Assembly: GCA_043745805.1 (NCBI GenBank)
Contig: JAYTSD010000029.1
Location: 1-64,000 of the forward strand
Length of the DNA stretch: 64,000 bases
Direction of reading: 5' to 3'
DNA from: Fibrobacteria bacterium
Lineage (GTDB): Bacteria > Fibrobacterota > Fibrobacteria > UBA11236
Below are positions 19,974 to 29,541 of the stretch, one piece after another. The position numbers were made by a program, and so were the translations under genes. The notes beneath the pieces were generated by a model. The model searched no databases and was not told the origin of the DNA. It saw only the letters and a list, made by a program, of their open reading frames with translations. Numbering within the stretch: the first letter of the stretch is position 1; every line of letters begins with the position of its first letter.

Positions 19974-20880
19974 ATCTATCCCAGCCGTCTCAAAAAATGC
20001 AATGCCCAAGTCACTAAATGGGAATGCCTCTCATGCAAGAGTGCAAAACGATTCGGTCCTCACTCGACGAATTGGTATTACTCTGGCATTACTGTTGATT
20101 ATCAGCTTAATTCTGTTACCTCTTATTAATGTGCTTTTTCATGCCTTCTCCAAAGGCATAGGCTATTATTTCACGTCCTTACAACATCCCGATACTTGGT
20201 CAGCCATTCGCCTTACTTTATTTACGGCGATGATTTCCGTAACCGCCAATATGTTGGCAGGTGTCAGCATTGCCTGGTGCACCACTAAATTTTCTTTTCG
20301 AGGCAAAGCTCTATTACTCACCGTTTTGGATTTACCCTTTTCCATATCGCCCGTAGTAACGGGATTATTATTTGTGCTTTTATTTGGAGCGCATGGTTGG
20401 TTTGGACCCTTTTTCGATAGGCATAATTTGCAAATAATCTTTGCCATACCCGGTATCGTACTGGTTACCACTTTTACCACCTTTCCCTTTGTGGCACGTG
20501 AACTCATTCCGGTAATGGAATCACAAGGCATAGAGCAAGAAGAAGCCGCATTAATACTCGGTGCCAATGGTTGGGAAACCTTTTGGTATGTTACCCTTCC
20601 GAATATACGCTGGGGGTTATTATATGGCGTTATTTTATGTAATGCCCGCGCCATGGGTGAATTTGGAGCAGTTTCGGTAGTGGCAGGAAGTATCACGGGA
20701 GTTACGGATACTTTGCCCTTACGGGTAGAAAAACTTTATAATGAATATAATGAAGCGGGTGCCTTTGCGGTAGCTTCCATACTGGCTTTATTAGCCATTG
20801 TAACCTTGATTATAAAAACCATTTTAGAAAAGAAAACCCATAGCAATGCGGAGTTAAATCTAGCGCCCATGGAGGAATAA
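19966..20880 (+). CDS. cysW: sulfate ABC permease CysW
   Basis: DLPFSISPV, PFVARELIP, ARAMGEFGAVSVV. Confidence 0.93.
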   Translation: MPKSIPAVSKNAMPKSLNGNASHARVQNDSVLTRRIGITLALLLIISLILLPLINVLFHAFSKGIGYYFTSLQHPDTWSAIRLTLFTAMISVTANMLAGVSIAWCTTKFSFRGKALLLTVLDLPFSISPVVTGLLFVLLFGAHGWFGPFFDRHNLQIIFAIPGIVLVTTFTTFPFVARELIPVMESQGIEQEEAALILGANGWETFWYVTLPNIRWGLLYGVILCNARAMGEFGAVSVVAGSITGVTDTLPLRVEKLYNEYNEAGAFAVASILALLAIVTLIIKTILEKKTHSNAELNLAPMEE

Positions 20881-21936
20881 ATGAGCATTTCCATTCAACA
20901 TATACATAAAAAATTTGGGCAATTCCAAGCCTTAAATGACGTACATTTTGATATTCCCGATGGTGAGCTTGTCGCTCTGTTAGGCCCTTCAGGTTGCGGC
21001 AAAACTACTTTGTTACGCATGATTTCGGGATTAGATAACCCCGATTCGGGAGAAATTTTATTCAGTGGTCAAGATGCGATCAATGTATCTGTACAAAATC
21101 GACAAGTCGGCTTTGTATTCCAGCATTACGCCTTGTTTAAACATATGAATGTCCGGGAAAATATTGGTTTTTCATTAATGATTCAAAAACGTCCGAAAAA
21201 AGAAATTGCCCAACGTGTGGATGAACTTTTGGAATTAATTCAATTGGGTGGCTTAGCGGATCGCTATCCTTCGCAACTCTCCGGTGGACAAAAACAGCGG
21301 GTCGCTTTGGCGCGTGCTTTAGCCGCTCGGCCTAAAGTACTTTTACTCGATGAACCCTTTGGAGCCTTGGATGCCAAGGTGCGCCAAGATTTACGTCGTT
21401 GGCTACGTAACCTGCATGATGAATTAAAAATGACTAGTGTATTTGTAACTCACGATCAAGAAGAAGCTTTTGAAGTTTCGGATCGAGTGGTGATTATGAA
21501 TAAAGGAAAGGTGGAACAAATTGGCACACCCGATGATATTTTTCATAATCCGGTGAATGAATTTGTGATGAACTTTTTGGGAAATGTAAATATTTTTCAT
21601 AGTCGCGTGGAACAAGGAAAAATTTATTTAGGAAGTTCCGAAATTTCGGTATCTGCAACCAATCCTTCCGCCATTCCTTCCACCAAGGCTTATGTACGTC
21701 CCCATGCTTTAAGTATTCATCGCGAATCTTCAGACAACAATGCTTTGCAAGGCAAGGTCACGCATATGCGCCATGTCGGCTTAGCGGTAAAGGTGACGGT
21801 ACTCAATACCGAAGGTCAAGAGATTCAAGTAGAACTTAGCCAAGATGAATTTAAAGCCTTAGCTTTGAACAAAGGGGAAACTGTATTTGTTACCCCTAAG
21901 GAAATTAAAGTGTTTAGTAGTGACTACTCAATTTGA
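20881..21936 (+). CDS. cysA: sulfate ABC ATP-binding protein
   Basis: [34 protein letters not shown]-terminal TOBE-like domain. Confidence 0.94.
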   Translation: MSISIQHIHKKFGQFQALNDVHFDIPDGELVALLGPSGCGKTTLLRMISGLDNPDSGEILFSGQDAINVSVQNRQVGFVFQHYALFKHMNVRENIGFSLMIQKRPKKEIAQRVDELLELIQLGGLADRYPSQLSGGQKQRVALARALAARPKVLLLDEPFGALDAKVRQDLRRWLRNLHDELKMTSVFVTHDQEEAFEVSDRVVIMNKGKVEQIGTPDDIFHNPVNEFVMNFLGNVNIFHSRVEQGKIYLGSSEISVSATNPSAIPSTKAYVRPHALSIHRESSDNNALQGKVTHMRHVGLAVKVTVLNTEGQEIQVELSQDEFKALALNKGETVFVTPKEIKVFSSDYSI

Positions 21937-21959
21937 TTTCGATTTAATAAATTAAAACT

Positions 21960-22520
21960 ATGTCAGAAAATATTTTAATTCTTCCGGGTATAGGTGGCTC
22001 AGGGCCTGATCATTGGCAAACGTATTGGGAACTTTCTCATCCTCAATTTAAAAGAGTGCAACAAAGAGACTGGGATAACCCTCTTTGCCAAGAGTGGAAA
22101 GAGCTTTTAGAAAAAACTATAAGCCAAAATCCAGGTAACATCCATAATACCGTATTGATAGCCCATAGCTTGGCTTGTTTATTAGTAGCACATTGGGCAG
22201 CAACCACTAAACATAAAATTCGTGGCGCTTTATTAGTGGCTCCACCGGATCCTCAAAGCGCTATCTTTCCTATGGAGGCGATTAGCTTCGCACCCACACC
22301 TTTACAGCGTTTGCCTTTTTCAAGTCGCCTGATTGCAAGCACTAATGATCCCTATGGAACATTGAATTATGCAAACAACTGCGCAGAGGCTTGGGGAAGC
22401 CATTTTGTGAATATCGGTGATTTAGGACATATTAATTCAGCGAGTCATTTGGAAAATTGGGAAACGGGTTTAATACAATTAGCATCATTACTCCGCGATA
22501 CGGAAAACCTTTCGTCATAA
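21960..22520 (+). CDS. RBBP9/YdeN-family alpha/beta hydrolase
   Basis: PG..GSGPDHWQ, AHSLAC, STNDP, GHIN. Confidence 0.88.
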   Translation: MSENILILPGIGGSGPDHWQTYWELSHPQFKRVQQRDWDNPLCQEWKELLEKTISQNPGNIHNTVLIAHSLACLLVAHWAATTKHKIRGALLVAPPDPQSAIFPMEAISFAPTPLQRLPFSSRLIASTNDPYGTLNYANNCAEAWGSHFVNIGDLGHINSASHLENWETGLIQLASLLRDTENLSS

Positions 22521-22547
22521 TCCGCTTCAACAATTACATTTGTTTAC

Positions 22548-22841
22548 ATGTACGATAAACTCTCTTTAGTCTTATGCATTTTCTTTGGAATACTTTGGCT
22601 GCGTCAACGTGCGCGTCAAATTGATATGGCCGCTCGTAAAAATGAAATTTTATTTGGTGTGTATCCGCTGATACTTATTTTAGCCCTTGGCGAAAAATAT
22701 ATTTTCGATAATTATGTGCCTGAAACTTGGTGGAAAGTTCCCCTGCAATGCGTATTACTTTTAGCTTCCTTTGCCGCTATTGGCTTTGGCATTTTGCGAG
22801 ACAAGCTCGCTTCCACCGAAGCCACAGGCTCGAAAGCTTAG
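22548..22841 (+). CDS. small membrane protein
   Basis: 97 aa, three hydrophobic segments. Confidence 0.6.
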   Translation: MYDKLSLVLCIFFGILWLRQRARQIDMAARKNEILFGVYPLILILALGEKYIFDNYVPETWWKVPLQCVLLLASFAAIGFGILRDKLASTEATGSKA

Positions 22842-23944
22842 TTCACTTTACTTTTTCCCTTTGCTTTATTTAATTTAGTTGGAGATGATTTTTTCTTGCT
22901 ACTGCTTAATGCTTTGTGCGCACGTAAAATCATTTGCTCCGTCAACTCCCAACCAATGCAATTGTCGGTAACCGAAACACCATAACGCAATTTCGATAAA
23001 TCGGCAGGAATTTTTTGACTGCCTTCAAAAAGATGGCTTTCTACCATCAACCCCATTAAGGATTTATTACCCGCTAGGCGCTGTTCAATAATACTGTCCC
23101 AAACAGCCTCTTGCAATTCATGTTTTTTTTGTGTGTTACCATGGCTGCAATCCACTACCAGTCTGCTTTCCAAGCCAGAGGCGGAAACTTGTTGAGTAGC
23201 TTCGGCAATACTATTCACATCGTAATTAGGATTAACCCGTCCACCGCGTAATACCACATGGCCGTACGGATTTCCTTTGGTTTTCACAATGCAAGTTTGA
23301 CCCTCGGCATCCAACCCTAAAAAGCTATGCGAGCTACGCGCCGATTGCATTGCATCTACAGCTACTTGCACATTGCCATCGGTACCATTTTTAAATCCGA
23401 CCGGCATAGATAATCCACTGGCCATTTGACGATGCGTTTGAGATTCAGTCGTACGCGCTCCAATAGCTGCCCAAGTAATAAGATCGGCAATATATTGAGG
23501 AACTACCGGATCCAATAATTCCGTAGCCGCAGGTAAACCCAAATGATTAATTTTAATTAATAGATCGCGCGCTAATTGCAATCCCTTGGAAATATCGCAC
23601 TTATCATTTAAATCGGGATCGCTGATAAATCCGCGCCAGCCCACCGTGGTGCGTGGCTTTTCAAAATATACGCGCATGAGCACTACTAATTTGTCTTGCA
23701 CCTTATCGCTCAATGCTTTCAACTTTTGCGCATATTCCCAAGCCGCAGTGGGCTCATGAATGGAGCAAGGTCCAATAATTAAAAGCAAGCGCGGGTCTTC
23801 ACCACGTAGTATAGCTTGCACCGCTTCGCGGCCTTCTACCACGGTACGATTGGCTTTGGCGGTTACGGGAAATTTCGCCTTAAGTTGCTTAGGAGAGATT
23901 AGAGGCTGTAAGGCAGCGATATTTAAGTTTTCAGTTTTTTTCAT
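22838..23944 (-). CDS. DAHP synthase, class I-alpha (AroF/G/H type)
   Basis: GPCSIH, RVYFEKPRT, AIGARTTESQ, GFKNGT, DCSHGN. Confidence 0.95.
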   Translation of the reverse strand: MKKTENLNIAALQPLISPKQLKAKFPVTAKANRTVVEGREAVQAILRGEDPRLLLIIGPCSIHEPTAAWEYAQKLKALSDKVQDKLVVLMRVYFEKPRTTVGWRGFISDPDLNDKCDISKGLQLARDLLIKINHLGLPAATELLDPVVPQYIADLITWAAIGARTTESQTHRQMASGLSMPVGFKNGTDGNVQVAVDAMQSARSSHSFLGLDAEGQTCIVKTKGNPYGHVVLRGGRVNPNYDVNSIAEATQQVSASGLESRLVVDCSHGNTQKKHELQEAVWDSIIEQRLAGNKSLMGLMVESHLFEGSQKIPADLSKLRYGVSVTDNCIGWELTEQMILRAHKALSSSKKKSSPTKLNKAKGKSKVN

Positions 23945-24023
23945 GGTGGGGAAAGGTAATTATATACCCATTTCTAAGCGCACAAACTGACGATAAAATA
24001 TTAAATTGACCCCGATTCCTCGG

Positions 24024-24113
24024 GGAAGGGTGGCCGAGCGGTTGAAGGCGTCAGTCTCGAAAACTGATTTATGGGCAACTGTAACGTGGGTTCAAATCCC
24101 ACCCCTTCCGCCA
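24024..24113 (+). tRNA. tRNA-Ser (anticodon CGA)
   Basis: Acceptor GGAAGGG/CCCTTCC-G-CCA; anticodon arm TCAGT-CT-CGA-AA-ACTGA; long variable arm; T-loop TTCAAAT. Confidence 0.95.
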
Positions 24114-24173
24114 GAGGAAAAAAGAATATCCATCTCCTAAAAACCGTTTCCGTATTAAATCAGACTATCCTTG

Positions 24174-24202
24174 GATTTTGTCTAAAAATTTTAGACAAAA
24201 TC
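24174..24202. repeat. perfect 14-bp inverted repeat downstream of the tRNA
   Basis: GATTTTGTCTAAAA-A-TTTTAGACAAAATC. Confidence 0.85.
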
Positions 24203-24220
24203 TAGCCGAAAATACTAAAG

Positions 24221-24263
24221 TCCCATAATCCCACTTGCCCACTTTCTTGCTTAATGATATACT
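24221..24263 (+). promoter_or_regulatory. TA operon promoter with tandem 8-bp repeats over the -35
   Basis: TTGCCC-N17-TATACT with extended TG; TCCCATAA/TCCCACTT/GCCCACTT at 24221-24244. Confidence 0.65.
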
Positions 24264-24295
24264 AGAAGTAGCTTGAAAATAAAGGATTAACACAA

Positions 24296-24577
24296 ATGGC
24301 ATTATTACAAGTGGATACCAAAAATCGTATTGCTCTCGGAAAGCTATTGAGAGGTCGAGAAGTCAGTGCCTTCGATGCCACCGTAAAGCCCTCAGGACAA
24401 ATTATTTTAACACCTATGGTTATTGTTCCCGAACACTGGATTTATAAGAACAAAACGGCGCTTGATTCATTACAACGCGGCTTAGCTGATGCCTCCGCAG
24501 GGAAAAGTCGCTCTCTCACTGAGATTCGCAAAAGACTGAAGATTAAAGCTTCTAAACCTTCCAAGACAAAGGATTAA
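24296..24577 (+). CDS. putative antitoxin, AbrB/MazE-like N-terminus
   Basis: VDTKNRIALGK..GQIILTP..WIYKN..SLQRGLADASAG; AAGGA RBS; precedes a small basic gene. Confidence 0.7.
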   Translation: MALLQVDTKNRIALGKLLRGREVSAFDATVKPSGQIILTPMVIVPEHWIYKNKTALDSLQRGLADASAGKSRSLTEIRKRLKIKASKPSKTKD

Positions 24578-24583
24578 TACCCA

Positions 24584-24877
24584 TTGGAATTTGATATTCT
24601 TTTATCCCAAAAAGCGGAACGAAATTATGCTTCTTTACAATCACCTGTAAAGAAAAATATTTTAAAAGCAATTAATAAAACTCTGGATTTGATGTCATCC
24701 AATTTACGTTATAGTTCATTGCACACTCATGAATTTCATGAATTAAAAGGACCTGATGGTGAAAAAATTTGGGAAAGCTATGCCCAAAACAATACGCCAG
24801 GCGCCTATCAAATGTTTTGGTATTATGGTCCAGAAAAAGGCAAAATCACCATTGCCACTATTATTCCTCGTCCATAA
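24584..24877 (+). CDS. putative RelE/ParE-superfamily toxin
   Basis: 97 aa; A..Y..L...VKK..KT.DLM, SLHTH, GEKIWESY, PGAYQMFWYYGP; TTG start. Confidence 0.65.
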   Translation: MEFDILLSQKAERNYASLQSPVKKNILKAINKTLDLMSSNLRYSSLHTHEFHELKGPDGEKIWESYAQNNTPGAYQMFWYYGPEKGKITIATIIPRP

Positions 24878-24929
24878 TGATTCCGTGCTGTTGCGAATGA
24901 TGAGATAAAAGAAGCTAAATTTACTTCCC

Positions 24930-25121
24930 ATGGACCTCCTAAAAACTCATTCCATTCAATGCCCCTATTGCTGGGAAAAAATTAAAATCGAAGTGGATTG
25001 CTCCGCCGAATCTCAAGAATATGTTGAAGATTGTCATGTTTGTTGTCAGCCTATAGCCATATCGGTAACGGTGAACGACGGTAAAATCTCTCGCATAAGC
25101 GCCGCGAGAGAAAATTATTAG
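24930..25121 (+). CDS. CPXCG-motif cysteine-rich protein
   Basis: CPYC...QEYVEDCHVCCQPI. Confidence 0.85.
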   Translation: MDLLKTHSIQCPYCWEKIKIEVDCSAESQEYVEDCHVCCQPIAISVTVNDGKISRISAARENY

Positions 25122-25164
25122 GTCTTCGCTTTCAACCTAAAGATTAGGGAGAAAATCTTCCCTT

Positions 25165-25341
25165 TCATGCATTTTCAGGCCCATCGGCAAGCCCCTGAGA
25201 ACTAGCATGGTTTTTAATTTCACTCAGCTCTTCTTTACGGCCGTCTAATTTTTCTTTTAAATGTTTTGCGGGATAATCATTTGGATGTAAAGGCTTAACA
25301 TCATCTAAAGTCACTTCATTGGTTTTTTTGCTATCACTCAT
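25165..25341 (-). CDS. small hypothetical protein, 58 aa (not in the ORF track)
   Basis: AGGAG RBS; MSDSKKTNEVTLDDVKPLHPNDYPAKHLKEKLDGRKEELSEIKNHASSQGLADGPENA*; hairpin at 25146-25163 after the stop. Confidence 0.6.
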   Translation of the reverse strand: MSDSKKTNEVTLDDVKPLHPNDYPAKHLKEKLDGRKEELSEIKNHASSQGLADGPENA

Positions 25342-25548
25342 AAAAACTCCTAGGTTTGGACAGAAAGTTGCCCATGATTAAAAGAGGTTATTCGCGGTGA
25401 ATCGCAACATTTATTTCTTCTCATTCAAGCCGCTACAAATCGGACTGGAAATTTGACAATAAAACGCCGTTCTGAATTGGATTACCGCGAATTATTACTT
25501 ATTTCCATAGAATGGGTTTTTGGAATACTAGTAATTTGAAGATTAGGA

Positions 25549-28500
25549 ATGGCCGTGGGCCTTTGGGTTAAAAGAATTTTCCTAGCAGGAATGCTGCTTT
25601 TTGTGCTCGGTGGCCTTGCTTTTTATGCAGCTGGCCGCTTTGCCATAGCTCATTATTTACGCAAACCAATTGTAGTGGGCGAGGGTAACATTCATGTTAT
25701 GGGTGCTACATTGGGCTGGTCCTTAGATTTTTCCGTCGACTCCATTGTTTATGAAAGCCCCACTTTCTTAGCGAGCAGCCAACAATGCGCCTTACATGCA
25801 GATCTTTTTAGAAGTTTTTTGCATTTCGCACCTGCTATTACGCTTAATGTTAATGCATTGCAAATTGATTTGCTTCCCGATACGCTTACGAAACCAAAAA
25901 AACCTTTTCCCGATTCAATCCCATTCCCCTCCTTTAAAATTCCGGTTGCGGCAAAGATAAGTGTGGAGAAATTTATTTTGCGGGATAGCTTGGGAGAAAT
26001 GATTCGACTCTCCAAAGTTACGGTAACTAATCCAAATCCTAAAGCTGTGAATCTAGAAATCAAAGAAATTCAATCTCGATTTTCGAAAAGCCTGTTATTT
26101 TCCCTGCAAAGCGAAAACAATTGGATAAATGATTCGGTAATAGCTTCAATACGAATTCAACAAGGTTCCGATCAAATTCAACTGCAAGGTCATGCTCCCA
26201 AATCCAACTTACTTTTAGCCATAGCCGATTTACAAGTAAAAATTTTATCTTCACAACCATATAATGCAGTATTTTTACCAAACACAAAACTACCAATTTT
26301 AAAACATCTTGATTTCACCTTTTCCGGGCAACGTAACCTTGGATATATTTTTCATAGCAAGTTAAAAACGGAAATCGATCATCTGCCCTCTTCCTCCGGC
26401 TATCAGTTAAGTCCGCAAAAAGTTATGTTCACTTTACAATTCAATGAGAGGCTTGGAAATTGGCTGCTTAAAAGCCAGGGCAAGCAAGGCGAAGATCTGT
26501 TATTCAAAGGTCATTTTGATATTATGTCCAAAGACTCTTTGCGCGATGTTGCTTATTTGAGTCGTTATATTCAAGCTACAGCCATAGGTCATGTGCATGG
26601 CGTCGCTTTAAAAGTGGGCGGACATGCCTTCACGGGCTCTATAGATTTTCAAGCGCCCTATCTCTCCTCTAAAGCCCTACAAGCCAATGTTATCACCGGC
26701 GATAGTTCAAGAATTACTGTCAACCTTAATAAAGCGTCTAGTGGTTGGAAAGGTGAATTTTCGGTTTTGATTTCGCCCCAAGAACGCTGGGCGCGCGCCT
26801 TCGTGGATAGTAACGTGGATTTTCAAAAAATCTTTGTTCAGGGGCATACGCAACAAAATCAAATTGACGCCTTTTCAGATATTTATGCTTTAAAAGCCTA
26901 TGGTACTATGGCAGATTCCATTCACCTCGTTCATCACTATCAAAAATCAAAGTATGAACTTTACCCATCGACTTGGACTTTAGGAAAGGTAACATGGAAG
27001 TTAAGTGGATTAATTCAACTCGATAAACGAAATAAGCCTATGCAACTCAAAATAGCAAATGCTGAATATGGTTCCATAGAAGCCTCCATCCCTGCACCGA
27101 ATGAATTTGCTGTACATAGTCAAAATCTATCGCTTGAGCAATTACCTTATGGAATATTACAACATTTGGATTCTTTATTCTTAACTGATTCACGTTTAAA
27201 TTTGGATTTTGCCTGGAATAAAAAAACCTCAGTGGGACATTTAGAAACTGATTTACAAGCCCAGTACAAAAAACAAAAGGTAGCCGCTTTAATCAGTGCA
27301 AATTGGGATAAAGAATTGCTGCATATCCCGCAAGTAAAAGCCGTCCTAGAAGGCATGGCCCTGCAAGGTGATGCGGATTTAGTCTTACATGAAAAACCTT
27401 TTTATGCACTATATAAAATTCATTACCCCAACGATGTTCAACATATTAGCATTGCAGCGAATCATTTTAATATCGCTAAAGCGATGCAAGTGGCTATGGT
27501 CAAACCTCCTTTACGCAATGGTGAGGTGGATGGCAAGTTTACCTATAGTTATGAAAAGGGATTTGTGGGAGGTTATGAATTCAGCAATATCCAAATGGCC
27601 GATTCGCTTCCCGCGACTTTACGCAAATTATCCTTGCAAGGAGATGGCGACACCTTAAGTATCAATGCAGTTACCGTATCCGATAAGGAACCTCTATTAC
27701 GCGATTCTCTGCAATTAGCGCTAACCGGTGTTTTGGCCGATTCGCAATCCTTGCAATTAAAAGCTATAGCGGGAGGAAGCTTGTTTTTAAACTTTCAGGG
27801 AGGCATGCATGCTTTCAAAGATTTACAAGGTCATTTGCAAGTTACAGGAAAAATTCCCCTACCGGGAAATTCTGGAGAACTGCGCGACTTACAGATAAGC
27901 GCTTATGCGAGTTTACCCTTTAAAGCTGCCATGGTTAATTTATTACTGGATGCAGATATTTTGCAAACGCGATATCTATTGCCCGGCTTAGACACGCAAT
28001 CGATTTCTGCTCCTCTACATATCCGGCAAGGTCAGCTAAATGTGCCCATTATAAGTGCTAAAGGCTTAGGTGGAGAATTAAAAGGAAATCTTAATTATCA
28101 ATTAATTGGTAAGCATATTATGAGTGCACATGTGGAAGGCTCAAGCTTTAGCGCAAAAATTGGCGATCTTGAACGTATTCGTATTCGAGATTTTAAAGCG
28201 GATGCAAATTCCGATTCTAGCGAACTTACCTTTCAAAGTTATATAGGTTCCGGTTCGGCGGAACATGTAAAACCTCCCCTGCGCGTCGCTGGGGATTTTT
28301 CCCGAATGCAAATTTTTTATACTGCACCGCTGGGCAGCTCAGACAATAAAAGCAAAATCGATTATTCCGAAGCGCCTATTCCCTATTTGCAAGTGAGAGC
28401 AACACTCGATAGCTCCATTCTACATTATCGGTTACGTAGTTTAGAAACTCTACAAAACTTATTTAAGCAAACACCCGAAGTTGCCACTTCTAAACGCCTG

Positions 28501-29541
28501 GTAAAAAGGGCTTCCAAACCCTTGCAGTTGGATCTCAATTTAGAAACTTCAGGAACGGGAAATCATGTAGAAACCGACGTGTTACGGTTTAATTATGTAG
28601 GTGATATCTCTATAGCCGGCATTTATCCTTATACCTTGATGCAGGGCCGAATTACTGGGCTAAAAGGAGAATTAGGAACAAAGGATCAAGCATTTACCAT
28701 CAAAAATTTTGAACTCAAATGGCTTAATGTACCCATAGACGAAGGGGAATTGCAATTAGAAGCACAAAAATCTTTGGCAAAAACTTGCGAAGTCAGTATG
28801 CAAGATTCTTGTAAGGTCATTACTCGATTGACTGGAAATTTAAATGATTTAAAATTTGCCTATGATAGCGATTGCCAAGGTGCCTATGGCGCTGGTGCAG
28901 AAATCTCTGCTTTAATTTATTCCGTGAGACGTGGATGTTACTCCCCTTTGTTTTCCAGCGGAGGCAGTGTATCGTATCAAGAAGCTGCCTATGGATTATT
29001 AGAACCCTTAGCCAGTTCTTATCTCACTAAAGCAGCCAATAAACTTTCGGGAAATTGGATTTCCAATGCGCAAGTCAGCGGCTTAGGAGCTTTGGCAACA
29101 GATAAAAAAATGATTAGCGATTCTACGCATAGTGGTTCATCCACTTCGGCAGCCTCAGCAGGTAATAGCGCGGTTGCCATTGAAATTTTAAGCAAGGAGT
29201 TTTGGCGTTTACGCATGCGTGCGCGTTATGCCTATACCCCTGACAAAGCAGAAAATACTAATCCGGGTAATTATCGCTTGGCTTTAGAATGGCGTCCCCC
29301 ACCACTATGGCTCATTAATGATCAAGAATGGAAAAAAAAGATCAAAAATAATATAAGCGTTGAAGCCGCTATATTTACTGATCCCGATCGGCTCCAGCAA
29401 GAAGCACAAAACAATTTGCGTAAGCGATTGAGTTTAAATTACAATTATAATTTTTGGGGCACGCATGGCTCCGTTCATGCTAAGAAGTCCTCTCAAATTA
29501 AATCACCAGCCATCGATAGCTCGTTAGAAAAAAAACCATGA
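25549..29541 (+). CDS. TamB/AsmA-like large periplasmic protein
   Basis: 1330 aa; N-terminal TM anchor; beta-rich; C-terminal PLQLDLNL..G.I..G.L pattern; coupled to an Omp85 gene. Confidence 0.7.
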   Translation: MAVGLWVKRIFLAGMLLFVLGGLAFYAAGRFAIAHYLRKPIVVGEGNIHVMGATLGWSLDFSVDSIVYESPTFLASSQQCALHADLFRSFLHFAPAITLNVNALQIDLLPDTLTKPKKPFPDSIPFPSFKIPVAAKISVEKFILRDSLGEMIRLSKVTVTNPNPKAVNLEIKEIQSRFSKSLLFSLQSENNWINDSVIASIRIQQGSDQIQLQGHAPKSNLLLAIADLQVKILSSQPYNAVFLPNTKLPILKHLDFTFSGQRNLGYIFHSKLKTEIDHLPSSSGYQLSPQKVMFTLQFNERLGNWLLKSQGKQGEDLLFKGHFDIMSKDSLRDVAYLSRYIQATAIGHVHGVALKVGGHAFTGSIDFQAPYLSSKALQANVITGDSSRITVNLNKASSGWKGEFSVLISPQERWARAFVDSNVDFQKIFVQGHTQQNQIDAFSDIYALKAYGTMADSIHLVHHYQKSKYELYPSTWTLGKVTWKLSGLIQLDKRNKPMQLKIANAEYGSIEASIPAPNEFAVHSQNLSLEQLPYGILQHLDSLFLTDSRLNLDFAWNKKTSVGHLETDLQAQYKKQKVAALISANWDKELLHIPQVKAVLEGMALQGDADLVLHEKPFYALYKIHYPNDVQHISIAANHFNIAKAMQVAMVKPPLRNGEVDGKFTYSYEKGFVGGYEFSNIQMADSLPATLRKLSLQGDGDTLSINAVTVSDKEPLLRDSLQLALTGVLADSQSLQLKAIAGGSLFLNFQGGMHAFKDLQGHLQVTGKIPLPGNSGELRDLQISAYASLPFKAAMVNLLLDADILQTRYLLPGLDTQSISAPLHIRQGQLNVPIISAKGLGGELKGNLNYQLIGKHIMSAHVEGSSFSAKIGDLERIRIRDFKADANSDSSELTFQSYIGSGSAEHVKPPLRVAGDFSRMQIFYTAPLGSSDNKSKIDYSEAPIPYLQVRATLDSSILHYRLRSLETLQNLFKQTPEVATSKRLVKRASKPLQLDLNLETSGTGNHVETDVLRFNYVGDISIAGIYPYTLMQGRITGLKGELGTKDQAFTIKNFELKWLNVPIDEGELQLEAQKSLAKTCEVSMQDSCKVITRLTGNLNDLKFAYDSDCQGAYGAGAEISALIYSVRRGCYSPLFSSGGSVSYQEAAYGLLEPLASSYLTKAANKLSGNWISNAQVSGLGALATDKKMISDSTHSGSSTSAASAGNSAVAIEILSKEFWRLRMRARYAYTPDKAENTNPGNYRLALEWRPPPLWLINDQEWKKKIKNNISVEAAIFTDPDRLQQEAQNNLRKRLSLNYNYNFWGTHGSVHAKKSSQIKSPAIDSSLEKKP

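Noticed and set aside
24183-24212. sigma28-like TAAA...GCCGAAAA after the tRNA
   Set aside because: Spacing is 18 rather than 15 nt
24024-25200. Prophage or integrative element at tRNA-Ser
   Set aside because: No integrase, phage genes or duplicated tRNA 3' end seen
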